Virus record (IMG/VR): IMGVR_UViG_3300049012_000004
Span: 1 to 41,214 of that record
DNA: 41,214 nucleotides
From: a virus
Lineage: Duplodnaviria > Caudoviricetes
Reading direction: 5' to 3' (one strand)
Both the position numbers and the translations under genes were made by a program. The notes under the pieces were generated by a model, which did not search any database, had not been told where the DNA came from, and saw only the letters and a program-made list of their open reading frames with translations. Below are positions 34,872 to 41,214 of this stretch, piece after piece (position 1 is the first letter of the stretch; every line of letters starts with the position of its first letter).

Positions 34872-35000
34872 TTCGAGAGCGTGGTGGCTGCGGCTACCCC
34901 GGTAAACGTAGTGCTGATAGTTACCTTCTGCTGCCTGTTCATTGGAGCCATGATGGTTGACTGTTTCAACGATGATGACGACATGGATGGTTTAGCATGA
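34860..35000 (+). CDS. 46-aa membrane micropeptide starting inside the promoter motif
   Basis: MTLGFESVVAAATPVNVVLIVTFCCLFIGAMMVDCFNDDDDMDGLA; stop overlaps the next ATG (ATGA). Confidence 0.5.
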   Translation: MTLGFESVVAAATPVNVVLIVTFCCLFIGAMMVDCFNDDDDMDGLA

Positions 35001-35224
35001 AGATTCACATTGTGATTGAGGATACCCTAAAGGGTGTCGATGTGTCATGCAAGGTAGATACCAGTGAGAAGAACCCTGCTGGATACACCGAAAGTCTGGC
35101 CTACCTGATAGCCCAGCAGGTTTACTGGCAGGTATTGAAGCCTGCTTTGGACAACAAAAGTATGAGAGTGAAAGAAGTACCCTACCCTAGGGCATTGGGT
35201 CTCCCGCCAAAGGCGACTCACTGA
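34997..35224 (+). CDS. Hypothetical protein
   Basis: ATGA coupling; MKIHIVIED...; stop lies in the promoter motif. Confidence 0.7.
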   Translation: MKIHIVIEDTLKGVDVSCKVDTSEKNPAGYTESLAYLIAQQVYWQVLKPALDNKSMRVKEVPYPRALGLPPKATH

Positions 35225-35239
35225 GGTATGATACTAGGG
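35221..35239 (+). promoter_or_regulatory. Putative phage RNAP promoter upstream of the origin and RNAP gene
   Basis: CTGAGGTATGATACTAGGG. Confidence 0.78.
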
Positions 35240-35249
35240 TGTACCCAGA

Positions 35250-35366
35250 GAGATACTCTTATAGATTATCTTATAGGTACACCTTATAGTTTTCTTTCTT
35301 ATAGAGTATATATTAAAGATAATACCTATAAGAAAGAACATTAAGATAATCATTAAGTAACCATAA
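35250..35366. other. Putative replication origin (AT-rich repeats)
   Basis: CTTATAG at 35258, 35270, 35283 and 35298; perfect 13-bp inverted repeat 35292-35304/35326-35338; ATTAAG repeats; directly behind a phage promoter, as for the T7 primary origin. Confidence 0.65.
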
Positions 35367-35376
35367 GGATGACATT

Positions 35377-37926
35377 ATGTGGACACCTGAAGCACTGTTG
35401 GCAGAACAAGTGAAGTTGGAAGAGCAGATGGTTCTGGATGGTGCTGACCGCTACATGCGTAACGTGAACCGTAACCGTGAGCGTGGGATGGAAGACAAGT
35501 TGGACTACAGCAAGCGCATCATTGGTGCCAAGACTGAGGCCCTTGCAAAAGCCATTGAGGAATGGAAGCAGGCCATGGCAGCAGGCCACGCCAGTCACCG
35601 GGGGATTGCCTACCGTTACATCCATGACATGGACAACAAGGTACTGGCCTACCTGACCCTGAAGGCTGTACTTGCAGGTATCACCAAGCCGCGCACCTTA
35701 CAGATGGTTACCATTTCCATTGGGACCACCGTTGAGGATGAGAAGCGACTGGCTGCTATCCGGGACACCGAGAAGAAGTCCTTCAACCGTATCGTTGAGA
35801 AGGCCAGTGAGCGTGCCAGTGACAACAACAAGCACTACTACGCAGTCCGTGCTGCCCGTGAGGTGGACGACTGGGAAGAGTGGGGCAAGCAGGACAGGCT
35901 GCACATTGGGATGCGCCTGCTGGACATTATGATGCAGACCGTGGGGTTGGTTGAGGTGTTCATGCAGAAGCATAGCGCCACGACTGGTGCCAAGTACATC
36001 CGTGCCACCGCCGAGACAGTCGAGTGGATTGAGAAGCGTGTTGAGGTTGCCCAGTACTTCCGCCCGGTGTTCGAGCCGATGGTTGTACCGCCCAAGCCAT
36101 GGACCAATGTCCGTGACGGTGGGTACCTGACCTCGTTCATCAAACCATTGTGTCTGGTGAAGTTCTCTCGGGTGAGCAAGGAGTACATCGAACAGTTGGA
36201 CTCAGTGGAAATGCCAGTGGTCTACGAGGCAGTCAACGCCTTGCAGAATACAGCGTGGTCAATTAACAGCAAGGTGCTGGACGTGATGCAGACATTGTGG
36301 GAAGCAGGAAGCAACCTGCCCTGCCTACCCCTGCGTAATGGCCTGCCCATGCCAACCAAGCCACACGACATTGACACCAACAAGATGGCCCAGCGTGATT
36401 ACCGAAGTGCTGCCGCGAAGATTCACATGCTGAACCTGTCCCACATGGGGCAGCGTATTGGATTCAACTACACGGTACGACAAGCCAGAAGGTTTGAGGC
36501 GTACCCTGAGTTGTACTTCCCGTACCAGTTGGACTTCCGTGGACGCATCTATGCGGTGCCCCACCTGAACCCGCAAGGTCCTGACAACATGAAGGGACTG
36601 TTGCAGTTCGCCAAGGGTACCCCGCTGGGTAAGGATGGTGCCAAGTGGTTGGCTTTCCATGGTGCGAATGTGGCAGGCAATGACAAATGCAGCATTGATG
36701 AGCGCGTGCAGTGGGTACTGGAAAACGAGAAAGCAATCTTGGCCTGTGCGGAGAATCCTCTGGACAACCTTGAGTGGACAACCACACTGGGTGGTGTTGA
36801 GATTGACAAGCCGTTCCAGTTCTTGGCCTTCTGCTTTGAGTGGGCCGGGTACCGCCGTGAAGGTGAGGCGTATGAGTCTCGCATCCCGGTTGCCTTGGAT
36901 GGTTCATGCTCAGGTATTCAACACTTCTCCGCTATGCTCAAGGACGAGCGTGGTGGTGCAGCGGTGAACCTGACCCCCGCCAAGCTACCTCAGGACGTGT
37001 ACCGGATGGTGGCCGAGGAAGTCATCAAGATGGCCGAGGTGGATGCCGTGAGTGGTACCCCTGATGAACCTATGAGCAGGACCGATGAGGCCACTGGCGA
37101 GGTGTATGAGTGGGTTCGTGACGGTTCCAAGAGTGCGGCCCAAGCGTGGTTGAAGTTTGGTATCACCCGCAAGGTGACCAAGCGTTCAGTCATGACGCTG
37201 GCCTACGGTTCCAAGGAGTACGGGTTCCGTGACCAGTTGATGACCGACATCATTGGACCAGCCAAGACCGCAGCGATGCGCCCGGATGGTACCACTGACA
37301 GCGAGAAGTTCCCCTTCTCTGGTGATGGTTATGGCGCTGCCCTGTACATGAGCAAGTTGATTTGGATTGCGGTGAACCGGGTACTTGTGAAGGCAGGCGA
37401 AGCCATGGAGTGGTTGCAAGATGCAGCGAAACTCCTAGGCCAAGAGGGTCTCCCAGTGCGCTGGACCACGGTGGTTGGTTTCCCTGTGATGCAGGCTTAC
37501 TACAACACCGAAAGAAAGAACGTGAAGACTGCGCTGTACGGCAAGACCTTCCTGACTACCCTTCACCGGGAAGTGGATGGAATTGACAAACGCGCCCAGT
37601 CTCAGGCTGTGTCACCAAACTTCGTACACTCGTGCGATGCGGCACACTTGATGCTGACCGTGGTTCGCTGTACCCAGCAGGGTATCAACCAGTTCGCCAT
37701 GATTCACGACTCGTTCGGTACGACAGCAGGCCGCACTGAGGAAATGTTCAAGACTGTCCGCGAGTCCTTCGTTGAGATATACGATGAGATTGACGTGCTG
37801 GAAAATTTCCGTGAGGAAGTGGCTGAGCAGTTGAGCGACAAGCGCCTGAAGAAACTACGCCCCCTTCCGTTGAAGGGAACACTTGATGTGAAGGGTATCT
37901 TGGAAAGCAAGTACGCCTTCTCCTGA
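35377..37926 (+). CDS. Single-subunit DNA-dependent RNA polymerase (T7 gp1-like)
   Basis: PMVVPPKPW, LDFRGRIY, DGSCSGIQHFSAML, RKVTKRSVMTLAYGS, SPNFVHSCDA, IHDSFGT, C-terminal YAFS. Confidence 0.99.
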   Translation: MWTPEALLAEQVKLEEQMVLDGADRYMRNVNRNRERGMEDKLDYSKRIIGAKTEALAKAIEEWKQAMAAGHASHRGIAYRYIHDMDNKVLAYLTLKAVLAGITKPRTLQMVTISIGTTVEDEKRLAAIRDTEKKSFNRIVEKASERASDNNKHYYAVRAAREVDDWEEWGKQDRLHIGMRLLDIMMQTVGLVEVFMQKHSATTGAKYIRATAETVEWIEKRVEVAQYFRPVFEPMVVPPKPWTNVRDGGYLTSFIKPLCLVKFSRVSKEYIEQLDSVEMPVVYEAVNALQNTAWSINSKVLDVMQTLWEAGSNLPCLPLRNGLPMPTKPHDIDTNKMAQRDYRSAAAKIHMLNLSHMGQRIGFNYTVRQARRFEAYPELYFPYQLDFRGRIYAVPHLNPQGPDNMKGLLQFAKGTPLGKDGAKWLAFHGANVAGNDKCSIDERVQWVLENEKAILACAENPLDNLEWTTTLGGVEIDKPFQFLAFCFEWAGYRREGEAYESRIPVALDGSCSGIQHFSAMLKDERGGAAVNLTPAKLPQDVYRMVAEEVIKMAEVDAVSGTPDEPMSRTDEATGEVYEWVRDGSKSAAQAWLKFGITRKVTKRSVMTLAYGSKEYGFRDQLMTDIIGPAKTAAMRPDGTTDSEKFPFSGDGYGAALYMSKLIWIAVNRVLVKAGEAMEWLQDAAKLLGQEGLPVRWTTVVGFPVMQAYYNTERKNVKTALYGKTFLTTLHREVDGIDKRAQSQAVSPNFVHSCDAAHLMLTVVRCTQQGINQFAMIHDSFGTTAGRTEEMFKTVRESFVEIYDEIDVLENFREEVAEQLSDKRLKKLRPLPLKGTLDVKGILESKYAFS

Positions 37927-37941
37927 GGTATGACACTTGGT
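37923..37941 (+). promoter_or_regulatory. Putative phage RNAP promoter for replication genes
   Basis: CTGAGGTATGACACTTGGT overlapping the RNAP stop codon. Confidence 0.8.
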
Positions 37942-37953
37942 AAAGGAAACGTG

Positions 37954-38151
37954 ATGAAAACTATTGAAGACCTGATGTACGAACTGGAACTCGAACTGGA
38001 TGACGAAGCCCACGAAGCTGAACTCGACCACGAGGATGACGAGTTGATGTTCCAATCCACGCAGCATGAGTACGACTGTGCCCGTGTACCTCTTGATGCA
38101 GCAGTCCGACTCATGTCGAAGGGTTACATCATTGAATCCGATACACTTTAA
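37954..38151 (+). CDS. Very acidic small protein
   Basis: AAGGA RBS; 20 D/E versus 4 K/R in 65 aa; VPLDAAVRLMSKGY. Confidence 0.75.
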   Translation: MKTIEDLMYELELELDDEAHEAELDHEDDELMFQSTQHEYDCARVPLDAAVRLMSKGYIIESDTL

Positions 38152-38177
38152 TCAACACTCAACCATAAGGAATTACC

Positions 38178-38819
38178 ATGAGTGATAAGAAGAAGTTAGA
38201 ACGTGTAGTAACCCCCAAGGGTCGCTTGGGTTACCCCTTCTTGGTCAAGCCCGATACCAAGTTCAACCCCGAAGGTGAGTACAAGACCCACTTGTTCTTG
38301 GATGGCCCTGCCGCTGAAGACATTCTGGCAAAGCTGGAAGCTGGTGTGAAGGAAGCTGTTGCCAAGGCCAAGGCTGACCCGAAGAACAAGGGTAAGAAAA
38401 TCAAGGAAGCTGACCTGCCAATTCAGTGGAATGAGGAAGAGACTGAAGTCCGCCTATCATTCAAACTGAAGGCCAGCGGCAAGAACGGTAAGGGCGAAGC
38501 CTTCACCCAGAAGCCTGCTCTGTTCGATGCCAAGGGCAAGCCACTGCCAGAAGGTGTGAAGATTGGTAGCGGTTCAATCGCCAAGGTATCCTTTGAGGTT
38601 GTCCCCTTCTTCACCGCACTGGTTGGTGCTGGCGTAAGCCTCCGCCTGAAAGCTGTGCAGGTTATCAACCTGAAGGAATACAGCGGTTCAAGCAACGGTT
38701 CATCCTACGGCTTCGAGGAAGAAGAGGGTGACGAGATTGAAGGTAGCGACTCTTCCGAGTTCGGTGATGAATCAGCAGGAGCAGCAGATGCCCCGACTGA
38801 CGACAACCCGGACTTCTAA
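38178..38819 (+). CDS. ssDNA-binding protein (T7 gp2.5-like)
   Basis: TPKG..YPFLVKPDTKFN, LFDAKG, IGSGS, GVSLRLKAVQVI, acidic tail ending in Phe. Confidence 0.96.
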   Translation: MSDKKKLERVVTPKGRLGYPFLVKPDTKFNPEGEYKTHLFLDGPAAEDILAKLEAGVKEAVAKAKADPKNKGKKIKEADLPIQWNEEETEVRLSFKLKASGKNGKGEAFTQKPALFDAKGKPLPEGVKIGSGSIAKVSFEVVPFFTALVGAGVSLRLKAVQVINLKEYSGSSNGSSYGFEEEEGDEIEGSDSSEFGDESAGAADAPTDDNPDF

Positions 38820-39207
38820 AAAGGGTTTGGCTGAAGGTTATCGCAGCGGTCTTGAAGAAACACTGGGACTCCAACTCGAAAGGGCTGGGGTCCCTTTTGC
38901 TTTTGAGAAGCTGAAAATAATCTACACCAAACCTGAGACCAAACACAAATACACACCGGACTTTGAACTCCCCAATGGAATCATCATTGAATCCAAGGGC
39001 CGCTTCGTAACGGCTGACAGGCAGAAACACCTGATGGTCAAGAAGCAATGTCCTGAGTACGACATCCGCTTTGTATTCTCCAACTCCCGCCAGAAAATCA
39101 GCAAGGGTTCCAAGACTTCATACGCCGACTGGTGTGAGAAGCACGGGTTCCAATACGCCGACAAGGTAATCCCTCAGGCGTGGCTGGACGAGGCCAAAGG
39201 AAAGTAA
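38788..39207 (+). CDS. Endonuclease I / Holliday junction resolvase (T7 gp3-like)
   Basis: YRSGLEE, YTPDF.LPNGIIIESKG, DIRFVFSNSR.KI.KGSKTSYADWC; AGGAG RBS before ATG 38788. Confidence 0.96.
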   Translation: MPRLTTTRTSKKGLAEGYRSGLEETLGLQLERAGVPFAFEKLKIIYTKPETKHKYTPDFELPNGIIIESKGRFVTADRQKHLMVKKQCPEYDIRFVFSNSRQKISKGSKTSYADWCEKHGFQYADKVIPQAWLDEAKGK

Positions 39208-39208
39208 C

Positions 39209-39646
39209 ATGGCAACATTCACAAAAAGAAAATCAACAGACTGGCTGGTGGTACACTGTGCCGCAACCCGCCCGAGCCAAGACATTGGTGCCAAGGAAAT
39301 CTTCGGATGGCACCGCAAGCAAGGCTTCATTGCGATTGGTTATCACTACGTAATCCGCCGCGATGGTACCCTTGAGACTGGACGACCAGACGATGTAGTA
39401 GGTGCCCACGCTGTAGGTGCAAACCACAACGGCATTGGTATCTGCTTGGTAGGTGGTGTGGACGAGAAGCTACAACCAGAAGACAACTTCACCCCCGCCC
39501 AGTTTACCACACTGAAAGAACTCCTGTCAACACTGAAGGCGAAGTACCCCACCGCCAAGGTAATCGGCCACCGCGATGTGCCCGGTACTAAGAAGGCGTG
39601 TCCCTCGTTTGACGCGAAGGCTTGGGCCAAGATGAATCAACTGTAA
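39209..39646 (+). CDS. N-acetylmuramoyl-L-alanine amidase (T7 lysozyme gp3.5-like)
   Basis: VVHCAAT, IGYHYVIRRDG, GAHA, IGICLVGG, GHRD, KACPSFD. Confidence 0.97.
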   Translation: MATFTKRKSTDWLVVHCAATRPSQDIGAKEIFGWHRKQGFIAIGYHYVIRRDGTLETGRPDDVVGAHAVGANHNGIGICLVGGVDEKLQPEDNFTPAQFTTLKELLSTLKAKYPTAKVIGHRDVPGTKKACPSFDAKAWAKMNQL

Positions 39647-39647
39647 C

Positions 39648-39684
39648 GAGAACCCCAACGGCTTAGGCCCGAGGGGTTTTTTTT
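39648..39684 (+). terminator. Rho-independent terminator after the amidase
   Basis: AACCCC...GGC-TTAG-GCC...GGGGTT followed by a T8 run. Confidence 0.7.
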
Positions 39685-39688
39685 CATG

Positions 39689-39707
39689 GTGAGGTATGAC
39701 ACTTGGT
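39689..39707 (+). promoter_or_regulatory. Putative phage RNAP promoter for helicase/polymerase
   Basis: GTGAGGTATGACACTTGGT. Confidence 0.8.
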
Positions 39708-39734
39708 GAAAGAAACTTTAACTAAGGACTCAAA

Positions 39735-41214
39735 ATGGAACACGAAGAAAGTACCCTGATTCGCAAGGGACCATGTGATGATTGCGGTTCGAGTGACGCT
39801 TGTGCGTTGTACTCCGATGGACATACCCACTGTTTCTCCTGTGGTAAAACCCGCAAGGGTGACGGTGAGGTTCAGGCCACTGGTCGCAAGTACGCCCGTG
39901 AAGACTTGATTACCGATGGTCAGTACATGGCGTTGGTCAAGCGCGGACTCACCGAAGAAACCTGCCGCAAGTGGGGTTACACGGTTGGTAAGTGGAGCGA
40001 TGGGCAGTGGGTGCAGGTTGCGAACTACTGCAACGAGGAAGGGCAGGTTGTGTCCCAGAAGATTCGGTTCCCCAACAAGGATTTCCGAATGATTGGTGAC
40101 AAGAAAGCCTACTCGTTCTTCGGCGCACACCTCTGGAATGGTGGCAAGAAGATTGTCATTACCGAGGGTGAGATTGATGCCATGTCGGTGTCCCAAGTTC
40201 AGGACCACAAATGGCCCGTGGTCTCCGTACCGAACGGTGCCGATGCTGCCAAGAAAAAGATTGCAGCCAAGTTGCAGTACTTCGACAAGTTTGAAGAAAT
40301 CATCCTGATGTTCGACATGGATGAACCGGGCCGTGAAGCTGCTGCTGAGGTGGCCGAGTTGTTCCCACCCGGCAAGTGCAAGATTGCCACCCTGCCCATG
40401 AAGGATGCCAACGAGTGTCTGGTTGCTGGTAAGGGTGCCGAGATTGTCAAGGCCATCTGGAACGCCAAGGAGTATAGACCTGACGGTATCATCGCAGGTA
40501 CAGACCTGTGGGAAGAAGTCATCAAGCCTATCAACGAGTCAACCATTGGTTACCCATGGATGAAACTGAACGCCATCACCCATGGTATACGTGAGGGTAC
40601 CCTGATTGTGCTGACCTCAGGCTCAGGTATGGGCAAGTCCGCAGTTGTCCGAGAGATTATGTACCACATCCTGATGGGTGCTGGACAGAACATCGGCATG
40701 ATTATGCTTGAAGAATCCGTGAAGCGTACCGCCATGGGATTCATGGGGATGTACCTCAACAAACCAATCCACATTAACGATGAGGGTATCACCGATGAGC
40801 AAAAGAAAGAAGCCTTTGATGCAACTGTTGGCAGCGGTAAAGTCTTTCTTTACAATCACTTCGGCTCTACTGAAATCGAGAACCTACTCAATCGAATCAG
40901 ATTCCTTGTCAAAGGATGCGGGTGCAAATACATTGTACTCGACCACATTTCCATCGTGGTATCTGGCATGGGAGAAGGGGACGAACGCCGCCTCATCGAC
41001 AACGCTATGACTGCACTCCGTACACTGGTTGAAGAACTTGGATGTACCCTGTTCCTCATTTCCCACCTGAAGCGCCCAAGCGGTGACAGGGGACACGAGA
41101 ACGGTGCAGAGACTTCTCTCTCACAACTACGTGGCTCCCACTCGATTGCCCAACTTGCCGACTTGGTGATTGGTCTTGAGCGTGACCAACAGGGTGAGAC
41201 CCCGAACGTTACAA
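39735..41214 (+). CDS. Primase/helicase (T7 gp4-like); wraps around to end at 279 (543 aa in total)
   Basis: Missing from the ORF track. AAGGA RBS; Zn finger CDDCGSSDA...HCFSC; TOPRIM ITEGEIDAMS, FDMDEPG, KDANE; Walker A SGSGMGKS; IVLDHIS; ISHLKR. Confidence 0.97.
   Translation, partial: MEHEESTLIRKGPCDDCGSSDACALYSDGHTHCFSCGKTRKGDGEVQATGRKYAREDLITDGQYMALVKRGLTEETCRKWGYTVGKWSDGQWVQVANYCNEEGQVVSQKIRFPNKDFRMIGDKKAYSFFGAHLWNGGKKIVITEGEIDAMSVSQVQDHKWPVVSVPNGADAAKKKIAAKLQYFDKFEEIILMFDMDEPGREAAAEVAELFPPGKCKIATLPMKDANECLVAGKGAEIVKAIWNAKEYRPDGIIAGTDLWEEVIKPINESTIGYPWMKLNAITHGIREGTLIVLTSGSGMGKSAVVREIMYHILMGAGQNIGMIMLEESVKRTAMGFMGMYLNKPIHINDEGITDEQKKEAFDATVGSGKVFLYNHFGSTEIENLLNRIRFLVKGCGCKYIVLDHISIVVSGMGEGDERRLIDNAMTALRTLVEELGCTLFLISHLKRPSGDRGHENGAETSLSQLRGSHSIAQLADLVIGLERDQQGETPNVT
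41088..41214. repeat. 127-bp terminal overlap identical to 1-127
   Basis: Direct sequence identity. Confidence 0.97.

Noticed and set aside
323-37926. Stop-codon reassignment, introns or inteins in core genes
   Set aside because: Polymerase, terminase, RNAP and capsid are full-length and uninterrupted in the standard code, and all three stop codons are used
371-41096. Numerous minus-strand ORFs, including the 285-aa one at 16847-17704
   Set aside because: All are antisense shadows of clear + strand genes, with no recognisable motifs or RBS; transcription signals are all + oriented

Overview
The window is the complete, circularly permuted genome of a lytic T7-like podophage (Autographiviridae-type). 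Bases 1-127 are identical to 41088-41214, so the unique length is 41087 bp and the contig break falls inside the primase/helicase gene. Every credible gene is on the + strand. The physical ends probably lie in the non-coding 26.2-27.1 kb interval. Reading from there, the order is: sigma70 promoters with boxA-like sites; about 8 kb of small early genes (Gp88-like, wHTH, dNMP kinase, 2OG-Fe(II) oxygenase-like, micropeptides); an AT-rich putative origin; single-subunit RNA polymerase; SSB; endonuclease I; amidase; primase/helicase; DNA polymerase A; gp5.7; exonuclease; portal; scaffold; holin; capsid; tail tube; ejection proteins; a split tail-fibre module; and the terminases. A 19-nt repeat, (G/C)TGAGGTATGA(C/T)ACT(T/A)GG(N), is the likely phage RNAP promoter and is unlike T7/T3/SP6 promoters. 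Four elements are the most interesting and unexplained: (1) a ~320-nt ORF-free, heavily base-paired and possibly pseudoknotted element directly behind the right-end phage promoter; (2) a three-way-junction RNA candidate behind its own early promoter; (3) an HExxH metallopeptidase-like domain inserted in ejection protein gp16; and (4) a set of unannotated di-cysteine membrane micropeptides. All calls come from reading motifs by eye. No database search or folding program was run.
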